From Leptolyngbyaceae cyanobacterium (GTDB lineage Bacteria; Cyanobacteriota; Cyanobacteriia; Phormidesmidales; Phormidesmidaceae): a stretch of 64,000 bases of DNA. Position numbers and translations under genes: made by a program. The stretch is from assembly GCA_965263355.1 (NCBI GenBank), contig CBDHHL010000056.1:672001-736000 (forward strand), written 5' to 3'. The notes beneath the pieces are model-generated. The model did no database searches. It was given only the letters and a program-made list of their open reading frames with translations, and was not told the origin of the DNA. Shown piece after piece: positions 19,699 through 31,700 of the stretch (position 1 is the stretch's first letter; every line of letters begins with the position of its first letter).

Positions 19699-22600
19699 AT
19701 GAGCACTGATATTCGGTTTGCCAGTTTTAACACCTTTCTTAATCGCCCCAGCGAAGGTGAACTAATTACCAATCTATCCACTCCCGATGATACCCAGGCC
19801 CAGGCGGTAGCAGAAATTTTACAGCGTGTGCGCCCAGATGTTGTATTGATCAACGAGTTTGACTTTGATGCAGCTAACGAAGGTATTGAGCTTTTCCAAG
19901 ATAATTATCTTTCCACCGCGCAAGCGGCAGGGTTAGACCCCATTGACTATCCCTATGTTTACAATGCACCCTCCAATACCGGTGTAGCTGCTGGATTTGA
20001 TTTTGACAATAACGGTGAAGTTGTCACCGAACCGGGATCTGTTGGCTATGGTAACGATTCCTTTGGCTTTGGCTTTTTCCCTGGTCAGTTTGCCCAGGTG
20101 TTATTGTCCCAATATCCGATTGTTGAAGAAGATATTCGCACTTTCCAAAACTTTCTCTGGCGAGATATGCCGGGGGCATTGTTACCTGCTGATCCAGAGG
20201 ATGTAGATGGTAATGGCGACACTGAAAATTGGTACACAGAGGAAGAGCTAGAGGTTTTTCGTCTGTCTTCGAAGAGTCATTGGGATATTCCCATCGATGT
20301 GGATGGTGAAGTCATCCATGTATTGGCTAGCCACCCAACGCCTCCTGTATTTGATGGTCCAGAAGATCGCAACGGTACTCGCAACCACGATGAGATTCGC
20401 TTTTGGTCTGACTATGTAACACCGGGGGCCGGTACCTATATTTATGACGATGCGGAGTATGTCGCAGCCGGTAATACTACCCCTGACAATCCCAGTGGTG
20501 GTCTAGCTGCAGGTGAACTCTTTGTGGTCATGGGTGACCAAAATGCTGATCCCTTTGACGGTGACAGTATCCCCGGTGCTATTCAGCAGTTGTTGAACAA
20601 TCCTCTCATTAACATTTCTGTTTCTCCTGGTAGTGTGGGTGGTGAAGATGGGGCCATTCGTCAGGCAGGTGCTAACGTTGGCCAGCTAGGGGATCCTGCG
20701 TTTGATACTGGAGATTTTAACGATGCAGCTCCGGGGAATCTACGGGCTGATTACGTCCTGCCCAGTCGCGATCTTGACATTACTGAAGCGGCCTCTTTTT
20801 GGCCTTCTGAAGGCGATGACCTGTTTGACTTAGTCGGTGTAGGGTTCCCAGTGGTGAGTTCCGACCACCGGTTAGTCTACGCCGATGTCAGTATTCCTGA
20901 AGAACCTTTCAACACTCGTAAAACCGTGGCTGGGGTGGAATTTCTTGGTCAGGCAGTGTTTGAAACTGGCTTTGAATTTGCAGGTACAGAAGTGGGGGGG
21001 CTTTCCGGTATTACCTATGATCCCCTGCGGGATGTTTACTATGCGCTGTCTGATGATCGTGGCAACCGCAGTGGCCCAATTCCTGAAGCTGGTTCTCTAA
21101 GTGAATATATTGGCTTTAGCGATGGCAGTTACTTTATTGAAGTGCCCGACGATGAAATCAATGATTTCTTTGCCTGGGATGAGGCCTATCCAGATCTTGT
21201 TTCCGCACATCGGGGCGGTTTTATCACTGGCTTCCCTGAGAATGCCATTGAGACCTTTGAGCATACCCTCACATTCGCCCCTGCCCTGTTAGAAGTTGAT
21301 GTGCGTCGTACGGCTGACGGTGAATGGATCTTGATGCACGATGACACCCTTGATCGCACGACTACCGGTACTGGCTTAGTGTCTGAAACCACCCTGGCTG
21401 AGATTCAGGAACTTCAGCTGGTAGATAATGAGGGTAATGTGACTGAGTTCAAAGTTCCCACATTGCAGGAAGCCTTGGAATGGGCTGACGGTAAAACTAT
21501 TCTGGAACTGGACCTTAAGTCTGATGACTTCTTTGAAGAAGTGGTACAGATTATCACTGACCTGGATGCTGAGGACCAAACTCGCTTTATTACCCAAAAC
21601 CTGGAGCAGGCGACAGGTATTTATAATCTGAATCCCGATATTCACCTGGGTTTGTTTATTACCTCCAGCAATCAGGCTGATGTCTTTGCCGGGATTGAGA
21701 CGGCTCCTTTTGACTTTGACAATGTTAGTGCCTTTACCGGGGTGCGGCCTGAAACGGAAGAGTTTTATGAGTCCCTGCACAATGAGGGTATTGTCGCTAT
21801 TCAAGGCCTGTTTGGTGATCAAGATTTCTTTGGTGCCAGTACCTTTATTAACGATCTCACTGAGGAGCAACGGACTGAACTGTTTGAGACGGTCTATGAG
21901 CGGGGAGGCGATGCGATCGCATCCGATTTCTACCAACCCATTAGTGAACTGCTCGACTATTCCCAGTCTCCCCTACCCCGCTACTACACCGTTACCATTG
22001 ATATCAACGACGGTAGCCTGGAAGATGGCGATGTTACCTTTACCGATGTCACCGCTCTTCTGGATGCTGAAGGTAATCCCTTCCCAGCCGGTGAACTCGA
22101 TCCCGAAGGCATCACCCTAAACAGTCTAGGCACCCTGTTTATCTCCTCCGAGGGCGACGCCAGAAATCTAGTCGATCCCTTTGTCAATGAATTTTCTCTG
22201 ACCGGACAGCAAATTCGTGAACTGCCCGTACCGGAGAAATTCTTGCCTACAGAGGATGAGAGCACGGGCATTCGCAACAATCAGGCTTTTGAAAGTTTAA
22301 CCATCACCCCTGACCAGCGCACCCTGTATACCGCCACTGAGAATGCCCTCAACCAGGATGGTCCCCGCTCTAGTCTGACTGAGGAAAGTCCCATTCGGAT
22401 TCTGAGCTACGACCTCACCACTGGTGAGCCAGCAGAAGAGTTTCTCTATATCAGTGATACGATTCCAGTTCCCCCAGTGCCAGAAGATAGCTTTGCCGAT
22501 AATGGTTTGGTGGAGCTACTGGCCCTCGATAATGCTGGCACCTTACTAGCCCTGGAGCGTTCTTTTGCAGTCGGTGTGGGTAACAACCTGCGGCTATACG

Positions 22601-24615
22601 AAGTAGACCTGCAAGGCACTAGCGATATCAGTAATATTGACAGTGTTGCCGACAATGATCTGATTCGTACTGCCGACAAGCGTCTACTCCTGGACTTTGG
22701 TGACCTGGGGATTCGTCTGGACAACAGTGAAGCTCTGGTATTTGGTCCTGAGCTAGCAGATGGTCGCCAATCTCTGTTTGTGGTGAGCGACAACAACTTT
22801 AATGCAGGGGCTCAAATCACTCAATTTCTTGCTTTTGCCCTTGATATTGAGTCTGCCCCTCAACCCACCCTATCTGGCTTTGCCTCTTTAGATGCCGATA
22901 CCCTGGCCCCCGGCCCTGACTCCGGTGTCAATGGCCCCATCAGTGACGAGCGTCCCGGTCCCTTTCCCGGTCAACCCGTTGGCGGTTGGAGTGGCGTTCA
23001 GTTTGCCGATGAAGACAGTCTCTGGTTTATTGTTGATAGCCTGTTTGGTGGCAACACAGATACGCTGCTTCGGGTCTACAAAGTAGATCCTGACTTTGCT
23101 GGGTTTGAAAATGGCGATGGCAGTGTGCTCTTAGAAGAAGAGTTTATTACCCTATCTGACCCCAACAACCTGGTACCGTTTGAAATCCAAAATGCAGATG
23201 ATCCCGCCCGACCTCTAACGGGTGCAGACTTTGATACAGAAGCCCTGGTGATTGATGCCAATGGGGATATTTGGGTAGGTGATGAATATGGTCCTTACCT
23301 GTTGCACTTTGACCGTAACGGTGTGCTCCTGGAAGCACCCATTGCCACCCCCAATATTCTCATTGACGGTACGGTGCCAGATGCCCCCAATGATGTGGTG
23401 CGGGCTCCCCAGCATCCTGATGTGGAGGCCGGGCTGGCTGAGTTTAACCTGCGGGGTTCCCGTGGATTTGAGGGCATTGGTTATAGTCCTGATGGCACCA
23501 TTCTTTATCCCATCCTAGAAGCACCTGTGGATGGCGATCCAGAGAATGCCCTGCGGATCTATCAGTACAATATTGCCACAGGTACCTATGCCGATGAGCT
23601 AGTCGGATTCTACCCACTGGATAATCCGGGTGATACTCCCACCTTCCAGTTGGGTGATCTAACCCCGATCAACGAGAGCGAATTCCTGGCCATTGAGCGG
23701 GATGACTTCCAGGGAGATGATGCGTTCTTCAAGAAAGTCTTTAAGATCGATATCTCCCAGGTGGATGAAAATGGCTTTGTTCAAAAAGAAGAAGTCATTG
23801 ACTTGTTGGATATTGCTGATCCCCAGGATCTCAATGGCGATGGCAGTCTGGTCTTTGATTTACCCATTACCAGCATCGAAGATATTTTGATCTTTGATGA
23901 GAGTACTGTGTTGGTGTCAGTGGATAACAACTATCCCTTTGGTAGCTTTGCCACGGGCCGTCCTCCGGCCTTGGATAACAATGAAATTATTCTGGTCAAT
24001 CTGCCTGAGCCGTTGAACCTTGACCCACGCCTGGGTATCGCTGGTTTGACACCGTCTGTTACCGTCGGTGAAGCTGGTGATGATACCTTAGTCGGCGATG
24101 TTGCTGACAATATTATTGCTGGTGGTCTAGGAGATGACATTATTGCTGGTGGTGATGGTGATGATATCCTGCGTGGCGATTTGAATAGCCGTGCGCCTCA
24201 AGGCAATGTGGGTGGTGATGACCTGATCTTTGGTGGGGCTGGCAACGATCGCATTGGTGGTAAAGGCGGCAATGACGAGCTATTTGGTGATGCTGGTGAT
24301 GACCTACTTTGGGGTGATGCTGGTGATGATCTGCTGCGGGGTGATCTCGGTAACGATACCCTAACAGGAGATAATTTCTCCGGTGGTTCTGGCAGTGATA
24401 CCTTTATTCTGGCCATAGGAGAAGGAACTGATATCATTACTGACTTTGAAGTGGGTAATGACCTGATCGGTCTTGCCGATGGGTTGACCTTTGACCAGTT
24501 GACCATTGGTCAGAGTGACGATGCGGCTGTGATCAGCGTTGGTGATGAAGACTTGGCATTGCTTAACAGCGTTGCTGCTTCGGCAATGACAGAGACTGCC
24601 TTTACTGTGGTCTAA
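19699..24615 (+). CDS. Giant secreted phosphoesterase: EEP domain + phytase-like domain with nested GDPD + second phytase-like domain + RTX Ca-binding tail
   Basis: RPDVVLINEFD, RLSSKSHWD, HPTPPVFDG, GDQNAD, SDHRLV (EEP); GGLSGI/DPEG/SDNNF (phytase-like); AHRGG..PEN, EVDV, HDDTLDRTT (GDPD); GGxGxD repeats. Confidence 0.88.
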   Translation: MSTDIRFASFNTFLNRPSEGELITNLSTPDDTQAQAVAEILQRVRPDVVLINEFDFDAANEGIELFQDNYLSTAQAAGLDPIDYPYVYNAPSNTGVAAGFDFDNNGEVVTEPGSVGYGNDSFGFGFFPGQFAQVLLSQYPIVEEDIRTFQNFLWRDMPGALLPADPEDVDGNGDTENWYTEEELEVFRLSSKSHWDIPIDVDGEVIHVLASHPTPPVFDGPEDRNGTRNHDEIRFWSDYVTPGAGTYIYDDAEYVAAGNTTPDNPSGGLAAGELFVVMGDQNADPFDGDSIPGAIQQLLNNPLINISVSPGSVGGEDGAIRQAGANVGQLGDPAFDTGDFNDAAPGNLRADYVLPSRDLDITEAASFWPSEGDDLFDLVGVGFPVVSSDHRLVYADVSIPEEPFNTRKTVAGVEFLGQAVFETGFEFAGTEVGGLSGITYDPLRDVYYALSDDRGNRSGPIPEAGSLSEYIGFSDGSYFIEVPDDEINDFFAWDEAYPDLVSAHRGGFITGFPENAIETFEHTLTFAPALLEVDVRRTADGEWILMHDDTLDRTTTGTGLVSETTLAEIQELQLVDNEGNVTEFKVPTLQEALEWADGKTILELDLKSDDFFEEVVQIITDLDAEDQTRFITQNLEQATGIYNLNPDIHLGLFITSSNQADVFAGIETAPFDFDNVSAFTGVRPETEEFYESLHNEGIVAIQGLFGDQDFFGASTFINDLTEEQRTELFETVYERGGDAIASDFYQPISELLDYSQSPLPRYYTVTIDINDGSLEDGDVTFTDVTALLDAEGNPFPAGELDPEGITLNSLGTLFISSEGDARNLVDPFVNEFSLTGQQIRELPVPEKFLPTEDESTGIRNNQAFESLTITPDQRTLYTATENALNQDGPRSSLTEESPIRILSYDLTTGEPAEEFLYISDTIPVPPVPEDSFADNGLVELLALDNAGTLLALERSFAVGVGNNLRLYEVDLQGTSDISNIDSVADNDLIRTADKRLLLDFGDLGIRLDNSEALVFGPELADGRQSLFVVSDNNFNAGAQITQFLAFALDIESAPQPTLSGFASLDADTLAPGPDSGVNGPISDERPGPFPGQPVGGWSGVQFADEDSLWFIVDSLFGGNTDTLLRVYKVDPDFAGFENGDGSVLLEEEFITLSDPNNLVPFEIQNADDPARPLTGADFDTEALVIDANGDIWVGDEYGPYLLHFDRNGVLLEAPIATPNILIDGTVPDAPNDVVRAPQHPDVEAGLAEFNLRGSRGFEGIGYSPDGTILYPILEAPVDGDPENALRIYQYNIATGTYADELVGFYPLDNPGDTPTFQLGDLTPINESEFLAIERDDFQGDDAFFKKVFKIDISQVDENGFVQKEEVIDLLDIADPQDLNGDGSLVFDLPITSIEDILIFDESTVLVSVDNNYPFGSFATGRPPALDNNEIILVNLPEPLNLDPRLGIAGLTPSVTVGEAGDDTLVGDVADNIIAGGLGDDIIAGGDGDDILRGDLNSRAPQGNVGGDDLIFGGAGNDRIGGKGGNDELFGDAGDDLLWGDAGDDLLRGDLGNDTLTGDNFSGGSGSDTFILAIGEGTDIITDFEVGNDLIGLADGLTFDQLTIGQSDDAAVISVGDEDLALLNSVAASAMTETAFTVV

Positions 24616-24643
24616 TCGTGGCTAAAAAGCGGGCTCAATTGTG

Positions 24644-24737
24644 GGGTATCAACTTTAGCTAGGGCATCTAGACCAGATCAAAATTCGGAGTTCGGAGTTC
24701 GGAATTCGGAAGTCAGAAAGGGTTTGTGCTGATGCCC
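24644..24737. mobile_element. Short MITE related to copies 1 and 2 (94 bp)
   Basis: Ends GGGTATCAACTT...GCTGATGCCC; flanks CAATTGTG / CAATTATG (7/8 match); internal (TTCGGAR)n repeat; absent from the paralogous 3' UTR at 33285-33325. Confidence 0.75.
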
Positions 24738-24764
24738 CAATTATGGGTCTGTCTTTAATTATTG

Positions 24765-24806
24765 AAAAGTGAGCAACGAAGTTAGTTTTCGTTGCTCACT
24801 TTTTTT
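24765..24806 (+). terminator. Rho-independent terminator
   Basis: AAAAGTGAGCAACGAA-loop-TTCGTTGCTCACTTTT plus T tract. Confidence 0.85.
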
Positions 24807-24908
24807 GAGCGAAAATTTTAATTGCCGTTTCTCCCATACATTGTTGCTGCAAGAATATCTGTATCCTTAAACATTAAGTCATTCAAAGTTTCCATAAGAA
24901 CTTTCATT

Positions 24909-24960
24909 CTTAAAGATTCCTTAGCGTTCCCTTATAAACGCCTCAATAGATTCCTATGGT
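24909..24960 (+). promoter_or_regulatory. Pho-box-like 11-bp periodic array
   Basis: CTTA at 24909, 24920 and 24931 and CTCA at 24942, followed by TATGGT. Confidence 0.4.
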
Positions 24961-24993
24961 GACGTGGAGAAGTCAGTTATCCAGATTTCTCTA

Positions 24994-25707
24994 CTAATTT
25001 TGTGTGTCAGGTTGCACCAAGGCAGATCGACTGTTAAAGGAGATCACAATTCGGTCTTGTTGTCCCTGGTACGGTAATCCACTGTGCATCAGATAGGAGG
25101 GAAAAAGCAGCACCATGCCATCCTTTAGTGGAGGATGAACATAGGGCGTATTCAGATATTGATTACCAAAATCCATATAGCTGTTGCCCTTCCATAGGGG
25201 CGAGTAAAATCGGTTGCTTCCATTGGGAGCAGCGGTTCCGTGCTGTTTGCCAGAATCACCAATTTGGAGATAGTAGATGCCACACCAGGAACATCCGGAA
25301 TGGTAGTGGGCATCGTGAAAACCACCATTATTAGTGATATGGAACCAACAGTCGGTAATCTCGACCTGAATCTGTTGTGGATGGATTGAATGGTTGTCAC
25401 CGTTGATCGGGTTGTCCACACCATTCACATGGGCTACGGCCATTTGCACACTTTCCTGCAGAAAGACTTTGAGTTTTTGGAGACCCGTATGATCGTAGGC
25501 CAACAGATCAAAATTGCTCTCGTACAGTCCATAGGCTGACTTGGCTCCGGGGGCCACACCGCTAGCAATATTGTTTGTCTGTTGAGTTTTCAAACCATAC
25601 AAAAAGTCTCGAATTCCAGATGCTTCTTGGGGATGCTCTGGCCACAGGCGGGCGTAAAAGTAAGTAGCCCAAAACGTTTGAACCATTAAGTCGGTTGCTT
25701 TAACCAT
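24994..25707 (-). CDS. Putative 2OG-Fe(II) oxygenase (TIGR02466-like)
   Basis: W.......GFHDAHYH...W.GIYYL, LFPSYL.HS, RIVISFN. Confidence 0.8.
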   Translation of the reverse strand: MVKATDLMVQTFWATYFYARLWPEHPQEASGIRDFLYGLKTQQTNNIASGVAPGAKSAYGLYESNFDLLAYDHTGLQKLKVFLQESVQMAVAHVNGVDNPINGDNHSIHPQQIQVEITDCWFHITNNGGFHDAHYHSGCSWCGIYYLQIGDSGKQHGTAAPNGSNRFYSPLWKGNSYMDFGNQYLNTPYVHPPLKDGMVLLFPSYLMHSGLPYQGQQDRIVISFNSRSALVQPDTQN

Positions 25708-25736
25708 ACAGACCTTTATTAGTTACCAACGGTATT

Positions 25737-28700
25737 ATGGATACAATTTCTCCGATTATCGTTAGTTTAGTGCCCAGCGATGACGCGCAGAATGTGGGCA
25801 CTCGTGCGAATTTAGTCATCACCTTTGATGAACCGGTACGTCCTGGCAGTGGCAATATTACGATTCGACGCAGTGCCGATGATAGCGTCGTTGAAGCCAT
25901 TGATGTTACGTCGGCCCAGGTTACGGCTGAGGGCAACTCGATTGTCGTTGATCCCTCAGCTGATCTGGATGTGGGTGTGGAGTACTACGTTCAGATTAGC
26001 GAGGGTGCGATTACTGACACCGCCAGTACCCAAGTTTTATTTACTGAAGACTTTGAAAGTCTACCGCTGCAGCCCTTTGTGAGCGACACGGAAATTGGGG
26101 GCGATGGTACCGACTGGACCGATGTGCCGCCGGAGGGCTGGACACGGGATAATACCACGACACCTGAAGGTGGACCGGTAGAATTCTTTGGTTGGACATT
26201 TTTGGATAAGGAGTCCTGGGCAACAACGGCAGGCGATCAGGATCGGAACCTGTACACTAACGGTACTGGCACAGTAATGGTGGCGGACCCTGATGAGTAT
26301 GACGATGGGGCCATCAGCATCAGCCCCAATAGCTTTAATGCCTTTATCACCACCCCAGACATTGACCTGACCAATATTGCAGCGGATACGTTAACCGTAA
26401 CGTTTGACTCCAGTTGGCGACCGGAAGACCTGCAGCGGGCGGGGCTGAGTGTTTCCTATGACGGGGGGGAGGCGGTCCCCATTTTTGAATGGACCTCTGA
26501 CCCGGCAGACCCGGTGTTTGATGTCAACAATCTCACTAGCAGCCCTACGTTTAAGCCGGATGGGCTACCCAGCGTCAATGAAACCCTGGAAATTACCCTG
26601 AACAATCCAGCGGATGCGAGCACAGCAAGTCTCACGTTTGGTGTGTTTGAATCAGGTAATGACTGGTGGTGGGCTGTCGATAATATTGTGGTGGCCGGAG
26701 ATGCAGTAGATGGTGTAGACAATGCCTTTGCTGGCATTGATGACAGTAGCACGTGGAATTTTACTGCGATCGCAAGTCTCCCTCCCGAAGTCGCCAATCC
26801 CCTGGGACAGGTTGCTGCCACAGTGGGTGAAACCCAGGTGGTGGATCTATTTGACCTGTTTGAAGATGCCGACAATGCCGACACTGAGCTAACCTATCAG
26901 GTGGTGAACAACAGCAATCCTGATGCCGTCACCGTCTCAGAAATCAGTGCTACCGATGGCCAGTTGAGCCTGACGGTAAATGAAGTGGGGCTAACGGATA
27001 TCACCGTAGAAGCAACAGACCCCAACGGTAGTTCTGTTACCTCCACGTTCCAGGTAAAAGGACAGACCACCGATGCCTTTGTCTTTGCAGTGTTGGGCGA
27101 TACCCAGGACTACAGTACCTTTGCACCGGAAGTGTTTGAAGCTCAAACCCAATGGCTGGTGGATAACCGGGATGCGCTGGGGCTGGAGTTTGTGGTTCAC
27201 GTCGGGGACGTGGTCAACGCCAACAATGAGTTTGAATGGATGCGGGCCGACGGGGCGTTGAGCATTCTCGATGGTGAGGTGCCCTACGCGATTTTGCCAG
27301 GGAACCACGATATGGGGGCTGGTGGTTCGGCCAACGTGCGTGATACGGATCTGCTGAACCAGTTTTTCCCGGTCAGTCGATTTGAAGATACGGCCACCTT
27401 TGGCGGTGTCTATGACCAGGAGCCCGATCGCTACGACAACAACTACCACACCTTCACCGCCCCCGATGGCACCGCCTGGATGGTGTTGTCCCTGGAGTTT
27501 GGTCCCCGTGATGATGTATTACGCTGGGCCAATGAGGTGGTAGCAGCCCATCCTGATCATCGGGTGATTATTTCTACCCACGATTACTTGAACTTTGACC
27601 AGCTCCGTCACAACTCCTTTGATGTATTGGGTGAAGGCGACCCCCGCACCAGCTACGGTATTGGTGATTCTGTCGAAGGGGCCAATGATGGCGATGACAT
27701 TTGGAACAAGTTTGTCCGCAAGCATCCCAATATTTCCTTTGTCTTCGGTGGTCATATTTGCGGCGACGGTGGCGGCGACCTGATTAGCTATGGCGACTAT
27801 GGCAATCCGGTGCATCAAATTTTGGTGAACTATCAGCGCTGTGTTTCCTCAGTAACTCGCAATGGGGTGAACGACACGGGCTACATTCGCCTGTTTACGG
27901 TGAATCCCAGTGACGGCTCGGTGGTGATGGAGAGCTACTCCCCTGTACTCGATACCTTTAATACCGAACTGGAAGGTACCCAACTGCGGGGCCAACAGTT
28001 TGTCTTTGAGAATATCGATCTGGGGACTCCCAACACTGTGTCCCGCGCAGATGCAGGGGACTATCAGGTGGTGACAGCAGCCGGTGAGACAGCAGCCGTG
28101 ACCCTGGATGGCAGTGGCACTAGCGACTCCAGCGGTGATGGATTGCAGTATCAGTGGACGAATGCTGAGGGGAACCTGTTGGCCACAGAGGCGACACCGA
28201 CGGTAGACTTGCCCGTGGGGATAAATGACCTGACCCTGACGATCACCGATACCAACGGGATTACCAATAGCGATACAGTTACCGTCGCCGTGCAAAATGA
28301 CGACACCCTGCTGTACGAAGACTTTAATGATGGCAACTTCGATGGCTGGACAGCACTGGATCAGGGCAATCTCCTGGGTAACTGGTACGTGACCACCGAC
28401 GGTCAACTCTATGAAAGCAGCAATAGCTTTAGCTCTACGGATGAGACTGAGCGCTCTGATCGTCGTGGCCCCATTCTCATTTGGGATGATGCAGCGGCCC
28501 AGGGGTGGACAGACTATGTGGTGGATGCCACCCTGCGATCCACGGATAACGATGGCATTGGCATTGTCTTCCGTTACCAGGATGAGAACAACTACTACAA
28601 GTTAGATCTCGATACCCAGACCAATATCCGTGCCCTTTATAAGGTGCAAGGTGGTGTGGAAACCACCCTGGCCATAGAGGAAAAGGGCTACCCCTTCAAT

Positions 28701-31700
28701 GTGGAGATGGACCTGCAGGTGGCTGTAGTCGGTAAGGAGATTGTTGCCACGCTAAACGGTGAGAGTATTTTTGACGCGCCGATTGTGGATAACAATCCTC
28801 TGATCCAGGGCACGATTGGGCTTTACTCCTACGGCCAGGACCAGTCCATTTTCGACAATATCATGGTCAATTTGCCAACGTTGACGGCCCAGGCGGGACG
28901 GGACCAGACGGTCAGCGATCGCACCGACAGCGGCACCGGCACTACCACCCTACAGGGGGCTGCATCCTTTGCTAACTCAGACGCGGCCATTGCCAGCTAT
29001 GAGTGGATTCTAGACGATACGGTGATCGCCACCGGCATCAATCCCACGGTCACGTTGCCTGTCGGTGAGAATAGGCTCACGCTGCAGGTGACTGACAGTA
29101 ACGGGACGGTTAGTACCGACGAGGTTGTGGTCACAGTTAAGTCTAACGACAGTGTGCTGCTCTTTGATGACTTTAACGATCAGACCTTTGATGGCTGGGC
29201 CATTATCGACCAAGGGACAGAGAATGGCCCGTCAAACTGGAATGCTGTCAGCGGTTCCCTGGGGCAGTTCTCGGATATTGCCAGTCCCCAAACTACAGGC
29301 ACCAATCCCAACGGCGATGTATGGCGGGGTCTTCGTAAAGGTACCCTGGCCATCTATGACCCTGCTGCTGTCAATACTCAACCCATCAACTTTGCTGAAG
29401 ACCGTGATGGCAACGGCACGCTTGAAACCATTGTGAAGCAACTGGACTTCGAGACCAGCGCAGGCGACTTATCCGGGTTGATTTCCTATAATCAGGAATT
29501 GTTAACTGGGTTAGGGACTGAGTCTCTCAATCCTGCCAACAGTCTGGAACTGGACATCGACTTCTTTGGCACGTTGCTCACAGAGGAGGACGACTTCGGG
29601 TTTGACTTCTTCCCGCAGCTGATCTTTGAGAATGGGGTGGCCACCGGCCTGGAATATCAGATTCTTAACGATGACCTGGCTTTCAGCGTATCCAGCGTAT
29701 CCGGCGACCTGACTGTTGACTTTGAACAGGGTCCCTCTGGTGCACCCACCTTAACGGGAACGGGAACTGGGGTAATTGTCCCCTTTAGCGACGGCACTGG
29801 TGGCAACACCGTTGACCCCGCTGTTGACCCTTACACACTAAACAACTATGCCCTGGAAGCCACACTAAATTCCGCTGACGATGACGGCATCGGGCTGTTG
29901 TTCTATTACCAGGATGAGAACAACTACTACAAGCTAGAACTAGATGCGGATGACGGCTTTAGCAAGTTGGTCAAACTGGTGGATGGCATCGAGACCACCC
30001 TGGCACGGGTACCCAACAGCTATGCCTCCGACACCGATCTGCAGGTGCGGGTGGAAATTAGTGATGTGATCGACGTGGATGCTGACGGTGTAGTACAAAT
30101 CCAGGCCTTTGTGGATGGGGAAGACCTGTTTGGTGGTCCCATCACCGATAGTGACCTGGCCAATGGTACGGTGGGTCTCTACTCTTGGGGCAGTGCAGGT
30201 GTTCGCTTCGATAATGTTGAAGTGACCTCCCTGGCCGATGACACCGTCCTCACCCCGGCTGATCTGTTTATCACTAGTCTCTCTCCTGAAGACGACGCGA
30301 CTAATGTGGCAGTAGACGCCGATCTAGTGGGGCGCTTCAATCGGGATGTGCAGACGGGCAGTGGCAATATTGTTATCCGACAAGCGTCCGATGATAGCGT
30401 CGTTGAGACCATTGATGTCAATTCCGATCAGGTGACGGTGCTGGAGAATACGGTGACGGTGGATGCGATCGCAGACCTTGCCCCCGGTACCGACTACTAC
30501 GTCCAAATCGAAGCCGGTGCCTTAGAAGACCCCACGGGCATCACTACCCTTTTCTTTGAGGACTTCGAAGATTTGGCTACCGACCTGGGTCCCTTTGTCA
30601 GTCCCAGTGAGAGTGGCGGTGACGGCACCGACTTCACCAATACCCTGCCCGACGGCTGGAGTCAGACCAACACAACACCTGCAGGTGGCCCCATTGAGTT
30701 CTTTGGCTGGACCTTCCTGGATGCCAGTGCCTGGGTAGAAACCGCAGGCGACCAGAATCGTAGTCAGTTTACCAATGGCTCCGGTGTAGTCGCCGTGGCC
30801 GACCCCGATGAATACGACGATGGCGATACCGACATCGACCCCGATCAGTTCCAGGCTGCCATTACGACTCCTGAAATTGACCTGACGGGCGTTAATGCAG
30901 GCAGTGCTATCCTCACCTTTGACTCCAGTTGGCGACCTGAGGATCTGCAAAAGGCGCGAGTAACTGTCTCCTTCGATGGCGGTGAGGCGACGGAACTCCT
31001 GCTCTGGACCTCCGACCCGGCGGATGCCAACTTTAAGCCCGATGCCACCAACGAAACCCTCGCCCTCGCCCTTGATAATCCTGAGGGAGCCACCAATGCT
31101 GTGGTCACCTTCGAGGTATTTGAGGCCGGTAACGACTGGTGGTGGGCCGTGGACAATATCGAAGTCAAGGGCAGCACTGGGGAAGGACAACCCTTTGCAG
31201 GCATTAGTGACGACAGCACCTGGAACTTCAGCACCCGTCCTCTGGATACCCAAGCACCCCGCGTCATTAGCTTTACCCCGGCTGACAATGGTGTGGATGT
31301 GGCCGTGGATAGCAATCTGGCGATTCAGTTTGATGAGCCAATTCAAGCAGGTGTGGGTACGGTTGCGATCGCCACGGTTGCCGACGACACCATCGTTGAA
31401 ACCATCGATATCACCTCCGACCAAATCACCATCAGCGGCGATACCGTCATCATTGATCCAGCTAATGACCTGGCCAACGGCACCGACTACTATGTCCAGG
31501 TCGATGCAGGGGCCATTCAAGACACCGCCAATAATCCCGCTGCCGGTATCAGCAACTCCAGCAACTGGAACTTTGCCACGGTTGAGTCTGCCGACCCCGA
31601 TCTGATCAACGTCTTCTTTGAAGACTTTGAGAGCTTGAGCACCGATCTCGGTCCCTTCGTCAGTACTAGTGAAAGCGGTGGTGACGGCACGGACTTCACC

